Virus record (IMG/VR): IMGVR_UViG_3300028829_004140
Span: 1-64,000 of that record
Length of the DNA: 64,000 nt
DNA from: a virus
Reading direction: 5' to 3' (one strand)
Shown: piece after piece, positions 10,197 to 21,600 of the stretch
Position numbering within the stretch: the first letter of the stretch is position 1
Layout: each line of letters opens with the position of its first letter
Notes under the pieces: generated by a model
What the model was told of the DNA's origin: nothing
Database searches by the model: none
The model's input: the letters and a program-made list of their open reading frames with translations, nothing else
Program-made: the position numbers and the translations under genes

Positions 10197-11249
10197 TTGG
10201 ATGATATTTACTACGAGGGAATTTTAAACAGAATTATCCAAGGTCGTCTGCGAATAAATGTAGACGGCCTTGTTCTGTTTATTTATGAACCAGACAGCTT
10301 TATTTTAGAAGAATCTTACGAGGTTTACGAAGAAGCAAAAAGAAAAGCTTATTTTTCTGGGTGTTATTTAAAAGATGATGCAGTTAATTTACTTTGCGAG
10401 TTGGGGTTGTGGACTCCGTTTGATAAAAAAACATCGAAAGAGTTAGAAAAAACCATAGAAGATTTAAAGGTTCATTTATATGAGAACTTTTTTAAAAAGA
10501 AGGAAGCGATAGGAATAAAGGCTAATATTAGGATGAAAGAAAAATTGAGGGATGAGATACTTCAAAAAGAGAGGCAGTTTGATTATCTTACCTGTGAAGG
10601 TGTTGCTGGTTTTACTAGAAAGTCTTGGATTCTTTCCAACACTACTAAAACTATCGAGGGTGACACTTATGATTTTAAAGAAAACGCTCCTAGCAAAATT
10701 TTAGACATATACGGAGCTAAGACCATAACAACAAAAGAATTTAGAAAAGTTGCTAGATCTTCTCCATTTAGGTCTATGTGGACAAGCTCTAAAACAAGAG
10801 GTGACGTTTTTGGAAAATGCGCTGTTAAAATGGATGGACAGCAGTTGGCTTTAGTTTCTTATGCAATGATGTATGACAATGTTTACGAAAACCCGGAGCA
10901 ACCATCAGACAGTGTTATAAATGATGATGATGCTTTAGATGGCTGGTTCATTGTTCAAAAAAGAAAGCATGAAAAGGATAGAAAAGCATCAGAAGCTGAT
11001 GGAATATTATCTGGTTCAATAAATCAAAACGCTCAAGAAGTCATGCTTATGGCTAATAGTAGCGAAGATGCCAAGAATATTTATGACCTAAATAATGATC
11101 ATGCAAGGATGAAGCTCGCCACAAGGCAGAGTCAGATTGATGCAAATGATGGCGAATTACACTTTAAAGATTTTGCGGACATTAAACAAGAAAGAGCTAT
11201 TAACGCAGTACAAACTGGACTAGCAGCGGTTAAAGGAAGTAAAAAATGA
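10197..11249 (+). CDS. Hypothetical protein, putative tail assembly chaperone
   Basis: Helical, charged protein between tail tube and TMP; TTG start with AGGA RBS. Confidence 0.55.
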   Translation: MDDIYYEGILNRIIQGRLRINVDGLVLFIYEPDSFILEESYEVYEEAKRKAYFSGCYLKDDAVNLLCELGLWTPFDKKTSKELEKTIEDLKVHLYENFFKKKEAIGIKANIRMKEKLRDEILQKERQFDYLTCEGVAGFTRKSWILSNTTKTIEGDTYDFKENAPSKILDIYGAKTITTKEFRKVARSSPFRSMWTSSKTRGDVFGKCAVKMDGQQLALVSYAMMYDNVYENPEQPSDSVINDDDALDGWFIVQKRKHEKDRKASEADGILSGSINQNAQEVMLMANSSEDAKNIYDLNNDHARMKLATRQSQIDANDGELHFKDFADIKQERAINAVQTGLAAVKGSKK

Positions 11250-11626
11250 CAAAAGAAAAAGAAGGAGAATACAACAACTTCTTAAAGAAGTCAATAGACT
11301 TAAAAAACATAAGGGAGCAGAGAAAAAAAGAGGTTTCTAAAGATGAACTCTTTAAAATCTGCAAAAAGAAAATTCAAACTACCATGATTGGAGCGTTGGA
11401 CGTTGTAGAAAAGCGTTTTGGGTTTCTATGGTCTTTTGAAGGTGGTGACGATTTATCGGAAGAGCAAAAACAACTAAAGGATATATACGACGAAGCCAGA
11501 GCCGATATTCTCGACAAAGGAAATACTCAGATAAGAAACTTAGAAGCAGAATTTTCAGATTACGAGGTCACAAAAAAGAGATATTCAATTAATTTACCTA
11601 TTTCAGAAAATAACTTAGGAGAGTAA
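11246..11626 (+). CDS. Hypothetical protein (126 aa)
   Basis: ATGA overlap; charged helical sequence. Confidence 0.65.
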   Translation: MTKEKEGEYNNFLKKSIDLKNIREQRKKEVSKDELFKICKKKIQTTMIGALDVVEKRFGFLWSFEGGDDLSEEQKQLKDIYDEARADILDKGNTQIRNLEAEFSDYEVTKKRYSINLPISENNLGE

Positions 11627-11628
11627 GA

Positions 11629-12588
11629 ATGGAAAATAATAAAACTATTGACGGTGTAGATAATAGCGGTAACTCGGTAAAGGTTATGCTTAAAACGCCC
11701 GGACCACAAGAATATAGAGATTCTCAGATTGAATACAACAAGGCTTTCAGGAAGGCTCTGGATTCAGGAGCGTTGCTGCGGCAAAAGTTAACTGATTATA
11801 TGACTGATCAGGGCATATGGAACGATGATAAGGAGAAAAAAAATGAAAGGTTTATCGAGGAAATAAGTGCTAAAGAAGAAATTATCAATAGTGGCGGTAT
11901 TAAACTATCGGAAGCTAGAGATATTGCCTTGGAACTAAGAGGTCTTCGTTATGAGTTTAGGGAATTTATTGCAGAAAAAAATTCTTTAGATCAAAATTCC
12001 GTAGAAGGACAGGCGGATAATGCCCGATTTTCTGAACTGGTCAGGCTTTGTATGCTCAACCCTAACACAAAAAAGCCATATTTTCAAACTCAAAAGGATT
12101 ATGACGCAAGTAGTGATCAGCCTTGGGTGGTAGAGGCTTCGTCAGAACTTGCTAGTATGATTTATGGGCTTGATCCTGACTATGACAATAAGTTGACAGA
12201 AAATAAGTTTCTTAAAGAGTTTGATTTTGTAAACGAAGAACTTAGACTTGTTAATGACAATGGACACCTTGTAGACATAGAGGGAAGACTCATTGACGAA
12301 GACGGTCGTTACGTAGCTTATCGAAATGACAAACAGATAGATAAAAATAAGTATTTTGTTAATAATTCTGGAGAAGAGGTTATTTCTATCACGGACGACG
12401 ATGGAAATACTACTTGGGTAAAAAAGGGTAAAGAAGTTAGACAGCCTTTCTTGGATGATGACGGAAATCCTATAGTATCCGCTAAAAAGGAAGACCTAGA
12501 AAGCGAAGAGGATTTGGTTGCAAAGGAAGTTAAATCAAAATCCAAAAGGACTAGAAAACCTGTTGAGTCAAAAAAAACATCTAGTTAA
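11629..12588 (+). CDS. Hypothetical protein, putative tail assembly chaperone
   Basis: Directly upstream of the TMP. Shares the 'G.W....K..E..IE.L..K' pattern with ORF 10197 and has short D.DG repeats. Confidence 0.55.
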   Translation: MENNKTIDGVDNSGNSVKVMLKTPGPQEYRDSQIEYNKAFRKALDSGALLRQKLTDYMTDQGIWNDDKEKKNERFIEEISAKEEIINSGGIKLSEARDIALELRGLRYEFREFIAEKNSLDQNSVEGQADNARFSELVRLCMLNPNTKKPYFQTQKDYDASSDQPWVVEASSELASMIYGLDPDYDNKLTENKFLKEFDFVNEELRLVNDNGHLVDIEGRLIDEDGRYVAYRNDKQIDKNKYFVNNSGEEVISITDDDGNTTWVKKGKEVRQPFLDDDGNPIVSAKKEDLESEEDLVAKEVKSKSKRTRKPVESKKTSS

Positions 12589-12595
12589 TAATAAT

Positions 12596-12603
12596 TGTGT
12601 ATA
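12596..12603 (+). promoter_or_regulatory. Putative late-promoter motif TGTGTATA
   Basis: Intergenic, upstream of the TMP; recurrent octamer. Confidence 0.55.
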
Positions 12604-12620
12604 GAATTATGGGAAAATAA

Positions 12621-12650
12621 TAATGGGGCACATTTTGCCCCGTTAGTTTT
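12621..12650 (+). terminator. GC-rich hairpin with short U tract upstream of the TMP (terminator- or attenuator-like)
   Basis: TAATGGGGCA-CATTT-TGCCCCGTTA followed by GTTTT. Confidence 0.5.
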
Positions 12651-12667
12651 AGCATAAGAAGGTAAAA

Positions 12668-15600
12668 ATGGCAGCTTTCAATCTAACGGCAGAAATACAA
12701 CTACAGGCTCCTAACACAAAAGGAGTCGCTAGTCAAATTCAACGAGACCTTAATGGTATAAAGCTTAATATTGACGTTGGTAAAAACGCAAGGAATTTAG
12801 CCTCTCTTCAGCAAAATTTGAATGGTCTTGCTAAACAAGGAGATAGGACTTCTAAGAGCTTTAATATTTTGAGCCGAAATGTTGCAGAGGCGGCCCGCAG
12901 GTTCAGTGTTATTACTGTTGCTACAGGAAGTTTCATTGCTCTTGCTAGAGGGGTTAAAACCTCTATTGGTAGTGCTATTGAGTTCCAAAGAGAGCTTGTA
13001 AAAATTTCTCAGGTTACTGGAAAAAGCATAGACCAATTAAAAGGACTGCAAAGTGAGGTTACTAGGCTTTCTACTACTTTAGGTGTATCTAATGCTGAAC
13101 TTCTTCAAACCTCTAGAGTTTTAGCTCAAGCGGGTCTTTCTGCCTTGAAAACTAGGCAAGCCTTGGATGTTCTGGCGCAAACAACCCTAGCACCTACGTT
13201 CGATACAATTATCGACACTACGGAAGGTGCAATTGCTATTCTTAATCAGTTTGGTAGACAGGCGGCAAAAACTGGCAATGATATCAGGTTCTTGGAAGAG
13301 TCGCTAGATGCTATAAACGCTGTTTCTAAGAATTTTGCTGTAGAGTCTTCTGATCTTATTGCAACGGTTCGTAGGACTGGTGGTGTATTTGAGGCTGCCG
13401 GTGGTAATCTTAAAGAACTGATAGCATTATTCACAAGTGTTCGTCAAACTACTCGCGAGGGTGCTGAAACTATTGCTACTGGTTTCCGTACAATTTTCAC
13501 TAGGTTGCAGAGAAAGGATACTATTGAAGCTCTTAATGAATTGGGCATTAGTTTGCAGGATGCGGAGGGTAAGTTTATAGGACCGCTAAAGGCCATTGAA
13601 AAATTAGCTATTGGTCTTTCTGGGTTAGATCCTAAAGATGTTCGATTTAATGAAATTGTTGAACAGCTTGGTGGTTTTCGTCAAATTGGTAAGGTTATTC
13701 CTCTTATTAAACAGTTTCAGGTTACACAGCAGGCTTTGGCTGTAGCCAATAATTCTGTTGGTTCCACTTCTAAGGATGCTCAAGAAGCTCAGAAAGCTTT
13801 GTCTGTGCAATTAGGTAAAACTAGAGAATCTTTTGACGCTCTTATTCGTAAGTTTACAGACAGTTCTACTTTTCAAGATTCGGCTAAATTTGTTCTTAAA
13901 CTTGCTAACACATTCTTAAAGTTTGCTGAATCTCTTGAAACTGTGCTACCATTGTTGACACAGATTGCCGCTATAAAGTTAGGTAGAAGTTTAGCTCCGG
14001 GACTTAGCCAGATTTTTGGCAGGGGTGCGCAAAAAAGAAATGCTGGTGGAAAGATATTGGGCTTTAACTCTGGTGGTGTGGTTCCCGGAAGCGGTAATCG
14101 CGATACTGTTCCAGCCATGCTTACTCCGGGAGAGTTTGTCATAAGAAAGAGTAGCGTTAATAAGCTAGGCGCTGGTACTCTCGCGGCGATGAATGAAAAT
14201 AGATTCAATAGAGGCGCTCGCATAAAAGAAGAATTAGATCAGCAAAGAAAAACAGATGTTTTTGACTTTAAAGAGGGCGCGACTATAAAGGCTGGCAAGG
14301 GCGGATCTGGAAGCCTCAAGGCGGCATTAACTCAGGCAGATTTACAAGCTGATGTTGATCCTTACCAAGCCGTATTTCTAAGACCTGAAGCTAAAGGCAA
14401 GCAATTTAATGGTGAGATATCAGCTAGTAATTTAAAAACAGCTGTTAAAGAGGCGATTGAAGGAACTAATATTCCGAAAACAGAATTAGGCACGGCAAAC
14501 CAGATTGCTGAAAGATACGCAAAAAGAAACAAATTCACATTAACCGCCGGATCTTTAGCCGCGCCTGAATCTGCGAGACTTGAGGGAACTCTTTTAGATG
14601 GTGTTTTTGAGACAGCTAAACGAGGCGCTAAAGATATAAATAATAGTCTTGGTATACAGGGCGAAAAGAATATAGCGACAGCTCTTAGGTCTGCCAATAT
14701 AGATCAAGTTTTGGGTAATTTGTTTGAAGTTGTTTTAAGTAATGCTGGCGCTCCGTTTGGTATGCCGGACACAGATCCGCCCAATGCTCCATTTGATTTT
14801 CCTTCTGGTCTTGGTGATATGGCTAAAAAGTTTGGATTGCAACAAGGCATAGAGACAGAGGCAAAATCATTTTTCTCAGGGGATAATTTAGCCACGATAA
14901 ATAAAAAAATACAAAATCAATTAATAAATGAGTCTATAGATGAGCTTAGGGCTATATACAGACAAAATTTGACTGGGAGCAAAGAGATATCTTTAGATGA
15001 GGCGAAAAAGGCTTTTGGTTCAACTAGATTAAATAAAGATGATGTGACTAGACTTGCAGAGGAAAGAGGGTTAGATTTTACAGGACTTGGAGGCGGCAAG
15101 TATACTCTAAATAAAAAAAATGCCGGAGGAGGTATTTCTGGTTCTGACACGGTTCCAGCTTTGCTGACTCCCGGTGAGTTTGTTATGAACAAAAGTGCTT
15201 CACAAAGTATTGGCTATACCAATCTAAACAGAATGAACAAGCATGGCGTTCAGGGGTATGCTGATGGCGGAATAGTTGGTTTCCAAAGTTATGCTACTGG
15301 CACCGGCACTCTTGGCGCAAGGAGTGCTGGGGCTGTTAACTTTAAAGGCATTAATAGCATCACGGGCGCGGTTTCAAGGCTAAGTAAATCACTGGCTAAG
15401 ATGGGAGTTTCTGTTGATAATCAAATTCCTGTTTTGAAAAAATTTGAAGAGGAACTAAAAAATGGAGTCAAGGCTTCTGAAGCTATCGCTAGAACCTTTG
15501 AAGATACTGATATTAATGTTAGCAAGACTTCTGATAAACCAGATGGTAGTTCCGACGATCTTCGAGAGGCATTGGAAGGCGTTGCTGACTCTTCCGAAGA

Positions 15601-18600
15601 AGTATCGGACGCAAATAAAGAACAGGCTAGTAAAATTAGAGGAATTGGGGAAACTTTTAATAAAGTATCAACTGCTGCATTAGCTATATCTTTCGCTGGC
15701 GGAACTTTAATTGAGTCTTTTGGTGGTATCACCGAAGAACAAAAGGTGTTCAGTCAAGCGGTTCTAAATACGGTTAGTGCAAACCTTGCTTTAGGGGGCC
15801 AATTCGCATCTTTAGGCTATGAAGTCGCTGCTCAAATTTCTACCAGTTCCATTCTTAAAAAATCGACACTACAAACTGCTTTAGCTTTGGATAAGTTGAG
15901 CGGATCTGCTACTAAAACTAGTGCTACTGGTGGCAGTGGTAGCGCTGTCGGTAATGCGGCTGGAAAAGCTCTTGGCGTGGCTGCTACGGCAGTGGCTGTG
16001 GGTTTTATTGTGTCCTCTATTGTAAAGGGTATCACCGAGGGTTACAAAGCGGTTGAAAGACTTCAACTGGATGCAGCCAACAAAGTAGCCGATAAGCAAT
16101 TAGAGGCTTTGGAGGAGGGTCGTGGTGCGAGTGAAAAAGATTTTGTATCGGCAAGACAGAAAGCGGCGGGAGCAGACCTAAATATACAGAGATTGGAAGA
16201 ACAGGGTTCAGCCGGTTCTTCTGCGGCTTTAACAACAGGCGTAGTTGTTGGGACTGCTGGCCTTGCTGTATCAGCGGGTTCGGCTGCCATAGCGGCTAGT
16301 TCTTTAACAGGTAGTCTCGCGACTGCTGCCGTTGCTGTCAACGCCATTCCCGTAGCGGGACAGGTCGCATCCGTTGCCCTTATTGCCGCTGCTGCTGCTG
16401 CTAGCGCTGCTACTTTTGCTTTTTACGCTGCCGCCGAAAGCGAGAAGGAGAAGGCAGAGGTTAATGAATTATTAGCTAAGACTTCTAAAAATTATGCCCT
16501 TACTCAGTTTAGGTCTATCAAGGCCGCAAAAGCTCTAACAGACAACCTGCAATCCGCTGCTGACGCAGGTGCTTCTGCCTCGACCCAAATAGGAATTCTT
16601 GCTAGTGCAACAAACAATGCACAGTCTGAAATTAAAAATAATGCATCTCGACTTAGTGATGCAACTGAACAAGAAGCAGAGCTTCGTAAAAAACTTATAG
16701 ATCAGGGGGTTCTTACCGAAAAGGGCAACGTTTCTTCTGGTGCAGACACCGATGACGACAGTGTTAAAGACCAGCTAAAAACTCTTGAACAGCTAACCAA
16801 GCAAAGAGAAGCTGCCGAAAAAGCGGATATCGAACTTATAAAAACAACCACACAAAAAGCCGCTGTTTTTAGAACTTTGGCTCAAAAGGCTGTTTCAGAG
16901 GGTTTGACAGAGATTGGCAAACTGGGACCGGCTGCTTTAGCTAATATTAACGGTCTTGACGGGTTGGCTAAAATTACTCCGGATCTTTCTAGATCAATTA
17001 CAGTCGCAAAGAACAAATTTGAAGAGCTTAAAAATCTAGAACTTAAAAAGGCTTTAGAAGGAGAAGATGACGAAGGTGTTAAAAACGCATTAAGAAGAAA
17101 ATCGGAAGCTGAGATCATTGTTTCCCAAATTGAACTCGTTAAAAGTGCAGAAGAACAAATTTTGGCACAGCAAAGAGTGGCAAGGGCATCGCTTTTAACA
17201 GAGCAGGCAGAAAGACAAAAAGCTTTGACCCTGCTCAAAGTAAATAAAAATCTTAGTGCCTTCAACTTGTTACTATTACAGAGTGACAAATTGAGCGGTC
17301 TTTATGACGCTGTTGAAGACTTTGGTAAAGGGGGAAGTTTTGGTGCCGTTAAGTTTGACACAAGTATTTTTGATATCACTTTCAAGCAATTAAACGACAA
17401 GGCGATTGAAAGAATTAACAATCTTGGCAGAGGTGCTATTGGCAAGGACGCCACTGGATTTGCCAAAAATATAAGAGATGTTAAAAATATAACAAAGGGT
17501 TTACCATCGGTATTTGAAAGTTTCCGAAGAAGCGGCAAGGATTCAGAAATTGTAGATATTCCCACTCTTAAAAAACAGCTTTCTCAACAAATAGCAAGAG
17601 ATGTGCCCGGAGGATTAGATGGGCTAGGCGGTGACATTCGTGCTATCATAGAGAAAAACGCAGACGAGGCTATTGGAAGCGGCATAAAAGGATCTTTAAC
17701 TTTTGAAAGTCAGGAAAAACTTAACAAAGAACTTGAAGAGGCTATTCAGGGACAGATAGACGTTTTCAAGCGAGGGGTAGAAATTCAAAACCAGTTTTTA
17801 CAAAAACTTGCAGATTTAGACTCTAAAATAATATCCGCTCAGGGAAGAATAATTGATGCTCAGGTTAGAGTTTCTGACGCATTTGAAAGAAATGCAGACA
17901 GGCTTGCAGACGCTAGTGAAAGACCTCGATCAAGACAGGAAAAAGAGGCGGGAAGACTTCGCACAGCTAGTATTGGTTTAGGGGCAACGGCTAGACAGGC
18001 CGGTGCTAGGGCTGGTGATGTAACCGCGACCGCAAAAGCTTTTAAGAGCTTAACTCTTGAATCAAGAAATTTAAGAAAAAAACAAAGACAGCTTGCCAGA
18101 TCTACTTCACCTAATCCTAAAACTACGAACATGATTGCTAAACTTGGCAGCTCGGCAAACGATGCAGCTAAAGGTGCGGCCAGAGCAAAGGCAGAATTAG
18201 AAAGGTTGGCAGATCAGTCGGCTAGAGCCGCAGATGTAGAAAAGGATTTGACAAAACTTAGAGAAAAAAGATCAGAAGCAGAGAGCCTGCAAGAATCTGT
18301 CGCTTTTGGAAGTGATGAACAAAGGCAGGAAATATTTAAAGGATTTAGATTACTTAATCAATCAATAATGCAGGGTGGTATCCAAGGCGCTAATAGTGAA
18401 CAAAGGGCGTCTATTGGAAATGCTCTAGATTCTATCGGTAGCCAGCTTATTAATTTTGAAGGTCAGCAGGTTACAGGTAAAGAATTAAAACAAATCTTTG
18501 CAGCTAGAGAAACTGGAAGATTGGGCGCTTTCGGACTTAATAATTTCATAGATAATCTTAGGAAAGCTGAAAACCCTTTGTTGGGCGAACTTAAAGACAT

Positions 18601-21600
18601 CGCTAAAACAGAACTGACGGCTACTGCCGCCTTAGCGATGGTTGAAACTCAGGAACTTCGAGTATTAAAAGATATTAGAACTGCACTTGTTGGCACATTC
18701 CCAGAAGAATTAGCTAATGCTCAGAATGATGCCGCCAATGATCTTGGTAAAGGCGAAGAGGATGCCGGACGAGGGATTGCTGCCAATCAAGATACTTTAG
18801 TTAAGTTAAATCAGACCATCGCGACACAGACAAAAAGAGTTGCCGATTTAACAGAGAAAATGGCGGAGAAACAGGGCATTAACATAGAGGCTATTGAAGA
18901 TTTAGACAGGGCACGGCAACGGCAGAACGAGGCGCAAAATAGATCTAGGGGCGGTCCTATATATATGAATGATGGTGGAGTAGTTCCCGGCAGTGCCCCA
19001 ACGCCAAAAGGAATGGAAGAAGTATTTAAACCAAAAGGTACAGACAATGTTCCTGCATATTTGTCAGAGGGCGAGTTTGTTATCAAGAAGTCTTCTGTTG
19101 ATAAAATTGGAACGGATGCCTTACATCAGATAAACAACGGCGGAACAGTTTACGCTAAAGAAGGAAGTAAAAAGGCCATCGGGAAAAAGGATGAAGATAA
19201 TTTATTGAATGCCGTCTTTGGTAGCGTGAATAACTTTGTCAATAACGAAATGGGAAGCAGCGCTCTTGGTTCCATGCGTGGTGAAAGGCGTGATCCATTG
19301 TCGCCCTTCGATCCAAAGTTCGCTCTTGGTTACACGCGTGATGAAAGGCTTGAGGATTTTAATTTTATAAATGACGCCATAGACGGTATCGCGTCTTTTA
19401 CTTCTGCTGATATTAATATAATGCCGGAAGCGTTAAAGATTGTAGACTCTGTGCCAATTTTTAGCAAATTGCTTGAAGACACAAAGGCTCTTAGTTATCT
19501 ACCGGGTGGCGGTTTAGCTAATGCTATGCTTAAAAAGGCTAACGAGTCAGTATTTGCTGAGGGCAAACTTCTTGATCCTAGAAGACTTCAAAATAGACAA
19601 GGAGATCAAAAGGGTATTAAATTATTTAAAGAGGGGATGTATGCTTCTCAAAACAAGCTAGACCAAGTAAGAGATGATAATGCACTGGCGCTAATGTCTG
19701 GTGTTGTGCCTGCTTCCGTGTATGAAGCCGCTGAATTAATACCTGAAAACTCTTTGGAGCAAACGGATAAACAGAAAATTGTTTCTCAGCTTTCTGATAA
19801 AGAGCTAGAGCGACTAACTCAGGTAGGCGCAAGTATCACACAGAATTCAAACATAAAAACTGCTGATACTACAGGCGGTAGTATTGCTAGATTTTTGGGT
19901 GAGGGCATACTAGAAAAAGGAATAGGACAAGATACTATATTTAATAAGGCTCTTGATTATCTACCGGGTGGCGGTTTAGGTAATGCTATGCTTGAAAAGG
20001 CTAACGAGTCAGTATTTGCTGCGGGCAAAGCTAAAAAATCTGATGACGATCTTTACAGTTCTATAGAGGTAAGCCCACTTTGGGAAGATGCTATGGATGA
20101 AAAAATGAAAAGACTTGCTGAAGAAAGAATAAATAAGAATAAATTTATTATCGCACAAGGGGAAAAGCAAAGAGAACTTGCTGGCAAAACGCTTGAAAGT
20201 CTAGGAGTTAGAGAAAGGATTGACGCCAATTGGGTAAAAACCGCGAAAAATAGAAATGAGTTCGGCCCCAAAGAGGGGTCGTCTGGATATGATTTTACCA
20301 CTGTTAGCGATGTAAATCAGCTTGAAGCAATGGCTGCTGGCTTTGACCCGACTGCAACATTTGATAAAAAAACTGGTAAATGGAAAGGCGAGGCTCTTGC
20401 GGACGATAAGCTTGGAGGACTACGATTTTCTGCACGGGCAGAGCTTGACGCAAGACGAAGAGTTGAAGATGATAAGAAAAGAATAGAAAGATATCGCGAG
20501 ACTCTAAAAATAAGAGGCGCTGAAGCGGCGGAAAAATACGCTAAGGATGTTGGGATTTGGAAGAGTGTGAGTGATGAACACAAGACCCCAGTAAAAACAA
20601 TCGCGCAAGAATATCAAGAAAGCAAAGACAAACAAGACCTAGAGGATCTTAGAAAAAGAAAAGAATACCTAGATGAACAAGCACGCAAGAAAGCAGAATT
20701 TGATGGTTCTATTGCTGGCGCTGATAAAACGAATGCCGGATTTGGCACGATGGGCGGCGGCGATATTGAATATTCCTTTGGAATATTGCAAATGCAGAAA
20801 GAAAAAGCTGACGCACAAAAAGCTCTAGACCAAACTATTCCCGGATCAGTGGCTTATAACAAAGCTAAAAGAGACTTAGAGGAATTACAAGATCCAAATT
20901 TAGCAGCTAGTAATTTTAATGCTGATCAAAAACGTCGTCAAGACTCGAAGATGTTTTTTGGTGGATCAAAGGAAAACTTGAAATCTATTAGCGAAAAAAA
21001 CAAGCGGTCCGCTTCTAATTATGACAAGAGCATGGCGCCGTTACTAGCCAAGATGGAAAGTCTAAAGGACAACATTAACAAAGAAAAAAATCAAGTTAGA
21101 GCAGCTAGGATGCAGGAAAACTACGACAGTATATCTCAGGAATTGGGTCAAATCCAAGATCGTGCCATAGAATTACAGAAAAACAAAAATGAAGAAGGAA
21201 TGGAAGAAGTATTTAAACCAACAAGGCAAAATGTAAACTCAAGAAGAAAGGCTAGATTAGCAGAACAGCGAGGAAGATTATCTGGTACAAAATCTAACAC
21301 AGGTAGGAATAGAATCCTTCCTGATGAAACGAAAGAAGATGGCGATGATTTTTCTAGAGATAAGTACAACAGACTTCTTAGGGTTAATGGTCTAGCGGCG
21401 GCAAGTAGATATGCAACATCTAAAAATAAAAATCCTCAACAGCTAACAACAGGCAATAACCAACCCGGACAACAGAGGGCCGGAGGACAGCAGCAGCAGA
21501 TTCTACAATTCATCTTCAATCTTTTAAAGCAGGGAGGAATAGATCCTATAGAGCTTGCGAAAGGCTTCAACAAAGGTGGTGGAACCGTGGATAATATTCC

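Larger units (their letters stand above)
19008..21221 (+). repeat. Identical 27-bp direct repeat inside the TMP (19008-19034 and 21195-21221; encodes GMEEVFKP)
   Basis: aaggaatggaagaagtatttaaaccaa read at both positions. Confidence 0.9.

Noticed and set aside
10197-12588. Programmed G/GT tail-chaperone frameshift
   Set aside because: The three ORFs each have their own start and RBS. I found no convincing slippery site joining them.
19484-20029. 84-bp repeat pair as a diversity-generating retroelement TR/VR
   Set aside because: Mismatches are not adenine-restricted (G>A and C>G occur), both copies lie mid-ORF in the TMP, and no reverse transcriptase is in the window.
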